Notes: generated from the letters alone by a model not told the origin. Shown: positions 1-13,789, numbered from the stretch's first letter. The stretch: 64,000 bases of DNA from Camelus dromedarius (GCF_036321535.1 NC_087436.1:62498001-62562000), one strand, 5' to 3'. Program-made: numbers and translations.

Positions 1-628
1 CTCAAATCAAATTCTCGAAGGAAGGCTGAATACAGTATTTATTTGTATTTGAAATAATAAGCTGGTTTTACTATGGTTTCTGATTCACTCCTGAACAGTA
101 AGAGTGGCATTCTGTGTGCTAGATTTGTTGCCAGTATAGTATAGTCTGTGCTCAGTATAGTTTTGGTTGATTTTGTTGATGCGTTTATGTGTGGGAGTAT
201 TTATGAGGGTATTTAATGAGGATGCATTTTCTTACCCTGTATTATTTCTCGGTAACATCATTGCTGACTCTGGGGAAAAAAGATAGGGCTCACGTAGCTG
301 TAAATATTTGTAACTAATTAAATACTTATCATGTAACATTATTCAAGTCAAATTAGATTACCAGAAGGTTTGAGGTTTTTTTTTAGAGATGATAACATAT
401 GAAGCCTCTTAAACATAACCATTCAATAAGATAGAAGAAAAAGTCACAGAGAGTCTTATATATGATACTCTTATTATATTAAGAAAATATAAAAATGTTA
501 ATTTTATGGCCAAATTTTAAATTTTTTTAAAGTAAAAGGAAACCTACTCTACAGTATAATATAAGATAAAACAGATATGAGAGGGAGGTGTCAGAATGGA
601 TGTTGATACATATCAGAAAATTTAACAC

Positions 629-687
629 AAATACAGAAACCAAATTTACATTTAAATACAGAAACCAAATTTACATTTAAATACAGA
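629..687. repeat. Perfect tandem duplication, 25-bp unit x ~2.4
   Basis: AAATACAGAAACCAAATTTACATTT at 629-653 and 654-678, then AAATACAGA at 679-687. Confidence 0.95.
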
Positions 688-2115
688 TAATTACACAGAC
701 TAGAGAGTCTGTGCAATATAAAGTGGTTAGAAGAAAGTAAAATATTTAAAAGAAGAAAATTCTTTCTGTGTATCTTTCCATAAAGAATACAGATACTTTT
801 GAGGGATACGTTATCAGACCTCCATACATTTAAAAATTAATAACTTCTCTCTGATATTCCCTGCCCTCCTTCTCTATAAAACATAAAGGCCAAGGTAGTG
901 ACTATATACAGATATGTGCTGAGTGAATACTTGCCTGAACACAGATGTTAATGTATTGGCTTCTTCATGTATTGCTTTCTCACCAATTGATGCATGTCAG
1001 TCTTCTATAATTCTTTTAGAATTCAGTGTAATGTTATTGATCCTTTCATGTCTTCATGTAGCTTGCTCTGTATATGTCTTCTGAGCTTGTGAAAGAAGGA
1101 AATAAGACTATATTTACATTATGTACAGGGTACCTACTTTCTTGGTATAGAGAAGTTCTTATACATTTGCTCAGTATTAAAGTGCATGCTGGTGCTTTTG
1201 ATAAAGGCCTTAATTTAGAAATGATTATTCCCCTGAAAATAAATTAAAGAAAAATAACTTGGGCAAAATAACACCTTAAGAAGGGAGAAGTTAGAAAATA
1301 GGAAAAAGAGGAGGAGGACATGTGGGAAGAGGATTTTTGCAGAGACTAGAGACAGTGTAATTTTTGAACACTTTAGTGTGAATTTATTTATTTTTTCCTT
1401 CAGATTTTTAAATTTAGCTAGTAACTACTGTGTGACTAATTTCTTACCAAGGTGAATAGGTAGGCATTGTTTTTAACATATCTGAGAAAATCCTTCGAAA
1501 GAAAGAAAGTCCCCGGGTAAGGGTCCTTTTGCACTTTCCCATTCTTCCTCCTTACCTGACTTGATCTTTCATCCTATAATTATTTTTTAAATGTAAAGAA
1601 AAGAGCTGTTAAATATTCTAACTAAATTCCTTTGACTATTCAAAATTTGTTTCTGCAAATCACATAAACTTTTTAAGACTCAGTTTCTACGTGTGAAAAA
1701 TGGGAGGATTTGAACACAATTTTTAGGATTTATTTTTGTACTTTGGTTGTAGCTTATGGATATTATAAATGCAATGAAATTGTTTTTATCGGAGTCCTTC
1801 AGATGAAGTCTAGTTTGTGTGCACTGTTATATTTAAGCAACATTACAATGATATCAGATCATGTCAATCAGTAAGTAGTATTCTTGTGGGTGACCATATC
1901 ATTTAGTGCTCAGGTCTAGGTAACAGAAAACCTTCTCCATATTTAAATCAGAACAGATATTACCATTGGGATTGAGATGCTTTACAAAATCGTTTAAAAG
2001 ATTGGAAGAACAAATTCTGCATGGGCTTTCTGTAATATAACAGAACTAGCCAAAACAGAACTGTAATCAGAAAGGTCTTCCAGTCACAACTGTCCAGGTG
2101 ATGCAGGAAAACAGA

Positions 2116-2721
2116 TGTGGGGCATAAAAAGGGCTGTGTCCTAGGTCTTGGTTGAGCCCCTGGGACGTGCCCTTCCAAGTGTGGGTCCTTGGGCAGGAAA
2201 GAGTTCAAGAGCGAGCCACAGGTGAGTGAAGGTAGATTTATTCAGAGAGATACATTGAAAGGCAAGAGAAAGGCCATGAGGTGTAGGGGTTGGGTGCTCA
2301 GATTAAAAGTAGGTACACACTCCATAGACAGAATGTAGGCCATCTCCGAAGAGGGAGAGAGAGGGGGAGCCTTGAGGCGCCTTGTTGCTGGTTTTTATGG
2401 GCTTGGTGGCTTCATATGCTAATAGGTGGAAGGACCAGTCTCAGTAGCCTGGGGAAGGGGCTGGGATTCCCAGGAAGTTGGCCATTTCCCACTCTTTGAC
2501 CTTTCCTTGCTAGCCCTGGGACTGCCATTGTGCCTGTGGGCATGTTATTCACCATGTTAATATATTACAATGAGCATATAACGAAGGTCAAGATCTGCTA
2601 GAAGTTAAATCTCTCATCATCCTGAGCCTCAAGGCCTACTGGGGGATGAATCTTTCACCATTTTGATGTTAATTGCTGTAGCATTCCTTGAATGGCTGTG
2701 CCCTGCCCCCTTCCTGTCTCA
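2116..2721 (-). mobile_element. ERV1-class solo LTR (~606 bp)
   Basis: TG...CA termini, 4-bp TSD CAGA (2112-2115)/CAGG (2722-2725), TTTATT (minus-strand AATAAA) near 2237, GC-richer than flanks. Confidence 0.85.
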
Positions 2722-2933
2722 CAGGTACAACTGTTGGCTGCTACACATGATTCTTAGCTGCAATATGAAGATGAGGGACTGGCTCTCAGAACTGTTAGTC
2801 CTGGAGCCATTCACTGTCTGCTAGAGTCACAAAAGTAAAGTGGATGCCTCTTTGCTGCTGTCCTCCCCACTTAACCTTTGTCTGAATTCAGGCCTTAGGC
2901 AAATATCTTCTAAATGAATTCCAGAAATTTAGC

Positions 2934-3321
2934 TGAAAAGGATCAGGATAAACAGCCCCCACCGAGAATAGCTTTAACCCAGAGGCTATGCTCTGGGAAG
3001 AAGGTAATGGGCTGGTAATCTCAGAAGAATAGACAGACCCTCTGAAGTTCCTCCCTGTTGCCAGGAAAATTCATCAAGTTTAAGAGGAATGTAAACCCTG
3101 TAAAATGCCCTGATTGTTATCACCTTTTCTGTTCCGTACAGTTTTTCTATAAAACCTCAGGACCCCAATCCCGAGATGGAATCAGTCTCTAAGGCACTAG
3201 CCCGCTGTGACTCCCCTTTGTCTGGCAGAGCAATAAAGCAGTCCTTTTCTGATTTTCCCAAAACTCTGCCTCTGAGTCTCAGTCTGGTTTTCAGGGTACA
3301 GAGACTGGTTTTGCAGCAATA
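2934..3321 (+). mobile_element. ERV1-like LTR (5' boundary uncertain)
   Basis: TATAAAA at 3148-3154, AATAAA at 3232-3237, then a U5-like tail ending TTTTGCAGCAATA. No clear TSD seen. Confidence 0.7.
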
Positions 3322-3633
3322 ATGACTAGAAGTCTTTCTGGGCAGTCATTTGTGAAAAGAAAAATCATTTCCAAAAAACTACACATTAGTTAGAAGTGGT
3401 TTTCTCTTTTTAAGGCATTTAGGGTATACTTGAACCCTGTTAAGTAAAATAAAATAGAAGGATCAAGAAAATAAAGACATTAAAATCATAATAAAATAAA
3501 GTGCAAGAAATTATAATGAAAAAAATAAGAGCAAATTATTAATCCAAGATGAAAGGAAAAAATTAGCTGAATTGTAGAGTCAAAAAGAACTTTAAAAGGA
3601 TTAGATGGACATATTCAAGTATAAGAAAGTATT

Positions 3634-4104
3634 TGTCGAATGAAATAAATGCGCAGCCTAAAAGTTGAGAGTTCCGTTTTATTTGGTGGACATTTCTGAG
3701 GACTCGAGCCAGGATGACAGCCTCTCAGATGGCTCTGACTGACTGGTAGGGCAGGGGCTAGGATATATAGGATTTTTACAACAAAGACCAGGTAGTTGGA
3801 ACATTGAAAGATTACTTGTTAAAGAAAACCAGGCATCTCAAGAAGTTAAAGAATTTAGTGCTTTTCTTTGTAAGTAAGGAAGCAAACATTTGGGCTCACT
3901 GAATTCATTCCTTTGACAAGCACCTAGCTGTCTAGGGCCAGTATCCTGTCCTTTCTTATTCTGAGTCCCCTCAGAGTGCACCATTGTGAATGGCTGCAGA
4001 GGCTGGGCTGCAGGCTTGTCTTCACGGGGCGGTGGGGCGCCGCTGATGACTTGGTTTCAGCATTCTTTGTTTACTGATATGGTTTGCAGTGTTTTTTGTT
4101 CACA
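3634..4104 (-). mobile_element. ERV1-class (MER41-like) solo LTR, 471 bp
   Basis: TG...CA termini with perfect 4-bp TSD TATT (3630-3633, 4105-4108), minus-strand AATAAA near 3678, several CpGs retained (relatively young). Confidence 0.9.
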
Positions 4105-5084
4105 TATTAAATTAGGAATGACTAGCTAATAATCTAAGAAAATAATTTTCTTGGTCACTGGCATGATAAATTTAGGACAAAGCTATCCACAATATCCAAT
4201 ATATTCTGGACAAAAAAAATGCATTTTTTAAAAGTCTGACAGTCTACTGAAGGAAGTTCTCTGCTGTGACTTATGCGTTTGAAAAAGTGTGCTTTTAAAT
4301 TCTTGCTGAAATACTTAACCTAAATAGATGACAACGTTCTGTGCTGACAGCCTTCCTACAACATTGCTTTTATTCTCATGCATCTTGGCAGGAAACTTTT
4401 AAATCAAAAAATGTGATTCTCTTACTTGAAATAAAGGTGTGCAGCAAGCATTTGGGAGGGATGAGGTGGCTAAGAATTGATTTCAATTTGGCTTTTCTTA
4501 GTGAGGAAACTGTCGCCCTCTATATTAAAGTCGAGTAGTGGAAAACTGCAAAGAACAAGGACTTCTGTTAGGAAGGAATCTTAAAATAACAGTTTCAGGC
4601 CTCAGTGCGTAGTGTCTTTGGCCTCTAGATGTATAGAGACAATTGAACCCTCAAAATGTTTTTTTGGTAGCATTTTATCTCCACTTGTGTAACAAAACCA
4701 TTCTCCCATTTTAAGGAGAATCTATTTTAAATGCGTGACAGAGAAGAGAAGCTTGTTGACCATTTATGTGTGTATTTAACCACATAAAATGCCTGTAAGT
4801 TACAGTCGGAAGAAACAGATTTTTGCGGGAGAATGAAAGCCCCTCTGAGAAGCTAGTGTTGATTAAGCTGCGTGTTGCTTCTGTGTAGCATAGACTCTTC
4901 AAAATCGGGGAAGAGGATAAACATGCCGAAGAGAATAGGAAGAGCCTTCAGATACTCAAAGTTTCTCTTTAATATAAAATTCATTTAAGATACACGAACA
5001 GGAAATTCTTTGAAGTCTTTTTTTTTTTTCTTTTTGGCCTAACAGACACTAACAAATACTTTGTGTATTAAAATAAGCAGCATA

Positions 5085-5290
5085 CTTTATGCTTACATTA
5101 TGCCAGGCACTCACTTGCTACTTCTGATAATCCTATTAAGGAATTAGATGAGTTTCCTACAGTCTACAGAGTTGAGGGAGATAGGAATCAACTGCCCGGG
5201 GAAACATCCATAGTAAGTAACAGGGCCAGATTTTAGATCCTTGCCTTCTGATCACTTAGGCAATGCTCTCAACCATTGTACCATATTGCT
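5085..5290 (-). mobile_element. MIR SINE (degenerate)
   Basis: TATGCCAGGCACT...ATAGTAAGTAACAGGGCCAGATTTTAGATCC resembles the antisense MIR consensus. Confidence 0.65.
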
Positions 5291-5527
5291 TCCAGGATAT
5301 AGATGATCTTTAGTGTCACTACCCACAGGAGGTAGAGAACACTGAAATTGAAACTTATTTCTGATTTCTCAGGAATACCTTTAAATTATGTCTAAACCAT
5401 TCTTTTGAACTTCCTATTCTGACTAACTTAATTCTCTAAATTTGCAATAAAATTCTTTATAGAGGTATGGAAGTCTTTCCCTTCATACATCTTCAGAAAG
5501 GCAGAATGAGGCATTAGAAATTAAAAT

Positions 5528-5696
5528 GGGGGGAGGGTATAACATAGTGGTAGAGCACATGCCTAGCATGCACAAAGTCATGGGTTTGATCCCCAATACC
5601 TCTATTAAATGCAAATAATAATAAACAATAAACCTAATTACACCCCCAAAAATAAAATAAAATAAAATAAAATAAAATAAAATAAAATAAAATAAA
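5528..5696 (+). mobile_element. tRNA-derived SINE, camelid Vic-1-like, with (AAAAT)n tail
   Basis: GGGGAGGGTATAACATAGTGGTAGAGCACATGCCTAGCATGCAC...GGTTTGATCCCC (A- and B-box-like), AATAAACCTAATTA tail motif shared with the copy at 44882, and an A-rich pentamer tail. Confidence 0.9.
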
Positions 5697-6639
5697 TGAT
5701 ACGGAGAGGTCTTAAAATTGATATTTAAGAGTGATAGCATAATGTACAACTTGCAAGGACATTGCAAATGAACCATAAACAAACAACAAAAACAACAAAT
5801 ATATATTAATATTAAGAACATCTTCATTGAAATCATAAGGAATGTTTTTTCTTTAATTATATAATTAGAATCTCTGAGAGGGAAGTAGATAATCTGAATT
5901 CTTAAAAGTGAGTACCTGCCATTCTGATGCATAGTGGAGTTGGAGAGCTATTAAGATTTTATATTAGTAATAAAATATTTGTTGACTGTCTACCAATTTT
6001 AAGTCTGATAACAAGCAATGGGCTCAGGGGTATCTCATACTTTTAACAGAAATGAAAAGTCAGAATTACACAAAAACACATTTTAGCCATTCTATTCAGT
6101 TGCCAATTTATCTGACTTGGCTGAAGTCAAGTTTATGTCATCAGATATTACCAAATGGAAATTAAAATGTATATATTCCCAGTAGAGGGACACCATGACT
6201 AATTCGGATTATATTATAAAATAAAATGTAAATGTTTATATTTTCTCCTACTTTGTCTTGCTTGATGTTTTTGTTCTGTAATTTTTATTATGCTACTGAG
6301 AAAAGGTAGATTTGGATACAGTTCTTAATCTATTACTGTCTTGATAGCCACTAAGAGTAAAGGTTTTCCTGAAAAAAAAATCATAGGACATTGGTTACCT
6401 TGATCCTCATTTCCCAATGATCTTGAAAGATGGTTATTGAACCTCTTCCTGATCATATTCAAAGGTGAAAGTATTGTCCTTCGACCATATGTATTCCATA
6501 CTGTAAATGTTCTAAGGCTTAGAAATGTAAATTTATTTTTCTATATTCTAAATGAACCTACATGGAATTATTTTACTTTTCCCCTGTGTGAAATTTGGCT
6601 CTTTAAATATTTTAAACATTATACCTGCATTTATTCCCC

Positions 6640-7115
6640 TACACCATCTATTGTTCCCTCTTTGACCTCATTTTATATTGACTTTCCCTTACTTCCCATT
6701 GCCCTGACCTCTTGCATGTTCCCACCCTAGGGAGCTTGCATTGACTTTTCTCTCATACTAGGCATCATTTCCTTAGATATGTGCTTGGCTAACTTCCTTA
6801 CTTCCTTCACATTTTTGCTTAAATATTATCTTCTGAATGAGCTCTAACCCGAATGCCTTGTTTAAATTATTAGCTAACTCCAATACCACAATATAATTCA
6901 GATCTCTTTCATACTGTTTTATTTTTTTATAGTATTTATTAGGTATTACATACATAATTTTTTGTTTAATTTTAATTAATGTCTTTCTCCCTTCCTAAAG
7001 GTTCATTTCCAGGAAGTAATGAATTTTTATATCTTTTGTTCACTACTGTATTCCAAGTATTCCCAAGTGTCCCAGGTATTACTTGAAACTGAACATAGTG
7101 ATAATAAGTGAATAT
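6640..7115 (+). mobile_element. L2 LINE 3' fragment
   Basis: Pyrimidine-rich L2 3' motifs (CCCACCCTAGGGAGCTTGCA, CTTACTTCCTTCA, TTTTGTTCACTACTGTATTCC). Confidence 0.7.
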
Positions 7116-7315
7116 TGCACTTAGACAATATACTTCTTTAATCAGGCACTAGACTTTGTTCATCTAAAGATACTTTTACTTGCTTATTTGTTTCTTTATG
7201 TAATTGCATTGGGTATATTGCATTACCTCCTTTATATACTTTTTTCCTAATGAGGAGATATTAAATAAAATAAATACCCTTTATATTAAGCAAGTATTCC
7301 ATTATAAATTATTGC

Positions 7316-7991
7316 TATTACCAAACCAAACTTGGGTCCACTTAACTGTGTGCAGTAAAGGGAATCTACTGACACTGAGTTGTGGTGAAGGAAAGTGTAG
7401 CATTTATGTAAGATGTCAGACAAGGAGTCCAGGGCAGCTAATGCTCAACCAAAACCCTGAACCCCCTGATGATTTTCAGCGAAGCATTTGAAAGGCCAGA
7501 TGAGGGAGGAGTGTCACAAGGTATGTGAACAGCTCATGTACAATTCTCCCATTAGCTGATGGTGAGGAAAATGGTCAATATCACAAGGGTTTACATTATC
7601 AAGCCTCAGGCTCCAGCCAGTCTAGGGGCTACATGCATGTGGTCATTATGTAGTTAACTTATTCCATTTGGTGGGAGTTTTAGAATCTTCAAAACAACCC
7701 AGAAAATGTGTATCAGATACTGTTATCTAGGTACTTCAGGGAGGAACTAAAGATTCTGTGACTGCCATATGGATGACTTATGGTTTAAGTTTATTACCAT
7801 TCTTCCTGGCCCATATGCTACTTTTGTCACTACGTGTTCACATCCTTTCAATCATTAATTCTTGAACCAGACTTTTTTGACCTACAGGGTGGCCTGGGAG
7901 AATACAGCTTTTCTACAAACAAGAGGCAAGTGGAGAGCATAGTGGGAGGGGTCTGTCCCAGAAAAGTCCCATAGGGTCCTTTTTGATTATA
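7316..7991 (-). mobile_element. ERV1-class solo LTR (~676 bp)
   Basis: Decayed termini TATTACC...GATTATA (TGTTACC...TTACA type), TSD TTGC/GTGC, and the laurasiatherian-LTR-like motif GCAGTAAAGGGAATCTACTGACACTGAGTTGTGGTGAAGGAAAGTG. Confidence 0.8.
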
Positions 7992-9819
7992 GTGCTAGAA
8001 TGAGAAAAAAGTCAAAAATCAAAATATTGGCTGTTAATCTGTGTTGTAAATTTTCAAGTGATTTAGTTGCTGTTCATCTCTAATTTCTGGTTGTTATTTT
8101 GTTTTTTCCTCTTCTAAAGTAAACAACATTTCTTATATAAGAAGAATAATACACAATTCCTATTGAAATGAAATTGCTGAAACATGTTATGGATATCAGA
8201 TAAACAAATCAACTATTCAGTACATACTATAGACATGTTAAGAAGTATTGAACCTCCATGAAAATTCCAGATTGAGGTTTATCCGCAAAGTATTAGTTGT
8301 GTTTTTATAATGAAGGCTACAGTGCCATTTATAATACATCAGCATACCTTAGCTAATAAGGAAAAATTCCTTTCAGAAATAATCTCCAGATTAAATTCTG
8401 ACATTTACAAGTTAATGTATATAACCTATTGTCTATACTACTTAAGTAATAAAAGATGAGTATTCCCAGTTAAAGAATATATATTTCATCTGTAAGTCCT
8501 GTAATTAGAAGTGCTAAACTTCAAGGATAATTGTAGTTATGATGTTATATTTAAATTTGAGTATAAGAAAAACGGCACTTAACGGTTATAGAGCAATTTG
8601 ACCAATTCATCACAATCTTCAGAAGTTGCCATACGGTTTGCAATAACTTAAATGTATATGTTTGATCCATCCATTCATTACTACTTTTTTTGAAATGAAA
8701 TAATTTATCAGTGTGTTCAGAGATTTTTTTCTAAACAATGGGAACACAATTATCCACCATCATTTGAATGTAGTGAGAACAGGAGCAAATGAAATTTGCC
8801 AAGTACGCTGATAGCTCAGCTTAGTTAATGTAACTAAATCTGAAGCTCTTTATATACTAATGTATTCTGCAAATAGAAATATAGATAATATATACAAATT
8901 ACCTGTTGTAACTGAATTCAGAGGTTTGGTTTTAATGCTATGTACCACAATGAGAAGAATTATTTGAATTGCTTTAAATTTACATTGTTAATATACTCAA
9001 TTATATGCTATTGAATCACAATGCATGCTATTAACTAAAAGAATCTCTTCTTTGTAAGATGTTTCAGTTTGCTTCGTTATTAAAAAAGCAGAAGCAAAGA
9101 AAAAAACTCTCTTCTAGAAGGAGTATGGTATAATGGTGTAATGTATTTTTCCACCTGGTACTTCACAGGATTCATCACACAGTAGATTAGGAGAGAAAGA
9201 TACAACAGCAAGGTAGTATCAAAGTGAGTTAGCGGGGTGATGCTCCACCCAAGTACAAAAACTATGATAGGAGGAGATGAGATGAAGTATAAGATAAATA
9301 AGAAATAATTTAGAGTTAAAAGTAATTTGGGCATAATTAGAAAAGCTAAAGCAAACAAATAAAAAATTCTCACCATAGGAGAAAGAAGTAGATTCAAAGT
9401 GTTGGAGCCTGTTTTGTAGAAGACTCCTAATCCTGAGGAATCTTCCGTTTATCTGGAAGTGGGCTGTTTGTATGGAATGTGTCTATTTTCCCAGTTGTTT
9501 TCCTCTTTCGCAGCCTCTAAGATCTAGTCAGGCAAGTTCTTCAGCCTTAACTGTATTAGGTATCTATGAGAAAATAGAAAAGTCCAAATTTGACTTAGGG
9601 AAGAACTATCTTCCCACTACAAACAGAAGCACAGAAGTAAGGTGGAGACAAAGAACAGTGAATGATCATTCTTAAGAGCAAATTGAGGAAATGATAGAAG
9701 CCTTCATGATAAGCAGTAAGCAGGAAGCTTGGAATATATATACATACACACACACGCATCTATATATGTGGCTGCAGATCAAATGAAATGATTAAAATGA
9801 TATATCCTGACATCCAGCA

Positions 9820-10128
9820 TCCAGTTGATAAACACTGATTGAATATCCTCCCTATTGAAACATACTGTGCAGAATGTAGGTATGAATAAAGTAGACAGGT
9901 CCCTTGGAGTTCACAGTGTAGCAGATAAGACATGCTTAAAAATAGCGAATAATTAATTTAAAAGTTATGAGTAACAGAATGGCATAAAGAAGAAACTGAT
10001 GGTGCTATAGGGTTATATAGGATTACATTATAAGGAGCTCTAACCTGGTAGGGAGGGTCAGGAATAATGTCTTTCATAACTGAAATTTCAGCTGAAGTCT
10101 AAATGATGCAGAGGTAAAGAGAAGAATC
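9820..10128 (-). mobile_element. L2 LINE 3' fragment
   Basis: Antisense L2 motifs (CCCTTGGAGTTCACAGTGTAG, GGGAGGGTCAGGAA, CAGCTGAAGTCTAAATGA). Confidence 0.6.
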
Positions 10129-10610
10129 TCCAATGTGAGATTCTACCAGTTGCTGAGTATGTGTATTCCAATTATCCATTCTGTAACTGGGAAAACAACT
10201 GCATGATAGGTTCAGGGACCCACTGGACCAACTATGAGATGGATGTGAGCTGAAGCCTCATTGATCACTTGACCTCCATATGACTGGTGGACTACCGTGA
10301 GTTTTGGGTCTCCTGGAATTAGTGCTAGCTCAGAGCCAATGTTCAGCAATTATCAAAAGCTCTGATTATTTTCTTTTCCCCAATACACAGTCACTCTGAT
10401 TAAATGATGTTTGTCCCTTTGGAGAAGGCGTCAAGAAAGATTAACAATATACATTTTTGGCAGTGTAATGGGGTCCTTCCTCAAGGGAACTCCATCCCCT
10501 CTTCTTTTAAGGGATTCTGAGTCTATTAACTGGTTCAAGTTTGGGAATTGAATGAGGGGTTGTGAACCTCAATTTTTAATATTCAAGTTGGAGTTTTGTT
10601 CACTTTTTCC
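10129..10610 (-). mobile_element. ERVL internal remnant: gag end plus protease
   Basis: Minus-strand translation gives LLNIGSELALIPGDPK (ERVL protease LLDTGSELTLIPGDPK, catalytic D lost; LLNIGSE at 10329-10349) and YGGQVINEASAHIHLIVGPVGP*, with stops and frameshifts. Confidence 0.85.
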
Positions 10611-11841
10611 CTCACCTCTTACTTCCTCCTTATCTGGTTTCAAATTATTATCTGCTTGCAGAATTCTTTTTAAAGTTACTAATGAACTCTGTTAGACTTA
10701 ATTTTAGTCATCCTATGTGATTCCTTAGGAGCATTCTACACAGTGGACCTCTCTTTGCTTATTAAAACATTCCACTGTATTTCACTAAAAACGAAGTGAA
10801 TTTTAGCAAAATGTACATTTTATTGTGAAATTCCACTACTCAAAACCCTTTGATAGCTTCCTATATTCTTAGGATAAAATCCTAAATTCTTAAGTGTGTC
10901 TTCACGTGTGGTCTCTTACCACTCTATATTTTCCTTAGTGGTTGAAAAAGTATGTACATAAAATATGACCTACTTCAAAATAACAACCTATAAAAATAAC
11001 AAAATTTTAATCTCTAAAATAAACTAGCAATATTTGAAGTACATGAAATTTTTCATTACAGTAAAGCAAGCGGTAGAAACATTAATCAAAATCTGACATG
11101 GCTCATTGAGAGTATTTAGTGAATGAGAAAAGGAGGTTAGAATAAAACTAAACACAACAAAACCAGAAGATAATTGATGAATGGAAGCGATCATAAAGCC
11201 ATAGGCTCTAAGATAAAAGAGAAGTCTTCAGACTTACGAATTAGAGGCACTAACCCCCAGATCCATGGGAAAGGTGAAAATAATGCCTGGAGGGAAAAAT
11301 ACTGGGAATCAATCTAACACAAAATTATGCTGAATCAGTCCCACTTGAGACTTCACAAAGAAATAGTCTTCTCCCATTAAAACCATTACCATCTCCCAAT
11401 CAGGAATTCCTATGAAAAATTTCAAATATCCAGTAATAGTATTCAGATCCCACAACCACAGTCAACAACTAATTTATCAGTGAGTCTTTATTATGAAAAA
11501 TAAAATACCATAAGAAGGAAGGAAGTTAGTAGTGTTGAAAAGAGAAGGCCTTTTTTTTTTTTACATTATGGAAATTAGTGCATAACTGAAGAAGAGATGG
11601 ATCCAGTAAATAATAGATATTGATGATGGTGAGGACAGGAAAAATAAAGGTGAAAACAAGAGACAGTAAAGGTTGGCTAACATCACTTGGCCAAGTCATT
11701 TTATCCATGTGGTTTTTTGGTGCTTCATTGTGGGGTATGCTTTCTAATAGGATTTAACATGCACTACAAAATTTTTCCTGCTCTGCACCACTCTCATACT
11801 TATATCTGCATGCTTGTACCACAGATCTTCTTGTCTCTAGT

Positions 11842-12365
11842 TATGTTAATTTTCTACTGCTACTGTAACAGATTACTACAAACTCAATGGTATAAAACAA
11901 CACACAATTATTTTCCTATAGTTCTGTGGTTAGAAGTCCAATACTGATGTCACTGGGCTAAAATCAAGGTCTTGGCAAGTCTGCATTCCTCTCTGGAAGC
12001 TCTAGGGCTGTGTCCTTTTTTTTCTCTTTTTTTTAAACCTTTTCCTGTTTCTAGAGGTTTCCATATCCCTTGACCCGTAACCTTCTTCTTCCATTTTCAA
12101 AGCCAGCAAAGTTACATCCCTCTTACAATTCTGTCATAGTCACAACTTCTTCTCAACATAGCCAGAAAAGGTCCTTCCCTTTTAAGAATTTATGTGCTTA
12201 GATAGGGCCCACCCAAATAATACAGGGTAATCTCCCCATCTCAGGGTCCTTAAGCTTAGTCACATCTGCACGGTCCTTATTGACATTAAGGCACAATATT
12301 TTCAGGTTCCAGGAATTAGGACATGGACATCTTTGGGAGAAAGGAGATACTATTCTTCCTATCAC
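11842..12365 (-). mobile_element. MaLR LTR, MLT1D-like (copy 1 of local duplication)
   Basis: CTGTAACAGATTACTACAAAC...GGGCTAAAATCAAGGT...TTCAAAGCCAGCA...GGGCCCACCCAAATAAT...GGAATTAGGACATGGACATCTTTGGG. Confidence 0.88.
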
Positions 12366-13027
12366 TCAGGAAGGAATAGAAATCAGGCTGCAGGGAAAAG
12401 AAGGACAAAATATCACTCACTAAGTAAAAGTAGTATTTTACTTTTATAAAAATAAATTGCAAGGTATGGATGTTACATTCATCTGTTGTTTTAGTCAGTG
12501 GGGAAAAGGCATTTCCATGATTTCTTTGTATTATTGAAATTATATAGGCTAAGCATTGCAGTAGTAAATGCTATATGAAATAGCTGGTGTGTTTCTGTGT
12601 ATAAGCAGAACAGTGCCCTGCCCAGGAGGGATATTTCTCCCCTTGACATCTTCAGTCCATTTCATCTAACACCTGCCAACACCACTATTGACAGTCATGT
12701 TGTCTCTTGCGCTCTCCAGGCATTTAGGGATGTCATTAGGCCTTAGGCTTTTTGTAGCCAGAAAGGATATATGCTTTGTACTTTTTCACATGTCATATTT
12801 GGCAGCCTTTCTGTGAAATTACTGTAGTGTTCTCATCTGTCAGATGTCAATAAAATTTGAAAGAAAGGGACAAGCACTATAGATACTTCAGTGGAACCTG
12901 GCTTTAAGACTGATGAAGGAAATACAAACCCACAGACGTAACAATTGCTTTTAAAGTGCTTTCCCTTCATGCCATTAAATATATATATATATGGAAAGGG
13001 AAAAGCTAGTACCAAAGATAAGTTCAG

Positions 13028-13072
13028 ATATATATGTGTGTGTGTGCGCACGCACACACGTGTATGCATGTA
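13028..13072. repeat. 45-bp alternating purine-pyrimidine compound microsatellite
   Basis: ATATATATGTGTGTGTGTGCGCACGCACACACGTGTATGCATGTA. Confidence 0.9.
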
Positions 13073-13789
13073 GACAGAAGTAAAATGAAGTGAAAGGAGA
13101 ATGCACAATACAAAATAAAACTTTGAAGATGGAGAAAACAGATCTATAAAGAGGAAGAGGAAAAAAGCAGTGAATCATGAGTGGAGAAAACGAAATGTGT
13201 ATCATGCAATTTAGAGGGCCCTTAGTGTTCTACCTGAACAAAATTAATACCCCTGTTTAATCATTTTATTTTGATTTTAATATACGTGTGTGTGTATGTA
13301 ATTGGTTCAGGCATTATCAGAATTTGTAGAAATGAGTTATTAACTAGTTAATATATTAGAACCAATTTTTGATGGTACAGCAAAACCGAGCCCTGAAGTA
13401 GTAAAATTACTTCCCATGATTTATAAAGGTATTTATAAATTCTGTTAGCATATATCTTCTTACTTAGTTATACTGTCAGTCCTGGGAAATATAGAGGGCA
13501 AGTGCTATATATAACAGATGGGGAAATTGAGACCTAAGACAAAGCACTAATGAATAGTGAAATTGGACTAGAAAACTGGTATTCTTCCCCCCATGTAAGT
13601 CTTTTACTTTTTTCACAGTACAAGTCCAACTACATTAGGAAAGGCAAATTTGAGTGTCAGGAGGAAAGTAATAAACAAACAAGCAAGCAAACAAAACTAA
13701 AGTATGAGAGTAAAGACATAATGGATATTATCCAGAAACATCACAGTGGTATTCCTGAATATTTAAAAAGAAAAATAAGATGTAAATGA

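Noticed and set aside
1404..1451. Possible 48-nt exon (TTCCTTCAG|...AAG|GTGAAT)
   Set aside because: Very AT-rich body and a moderate donor, indistinguishable from background pseudo-exons.
5528..5602. tRNA gene
   Set aside because: The tRNA-like head is followed by a SINE body and A-rich tail, and a second diverged copy exists at 44882. It is a SINE.
5483..5932. 149-aa minus-strand ORF
   Set aside because: It runs antisense through the SINE and its (AAAAT)n tail (FYFIL repeats), so it is a compositional artefact.
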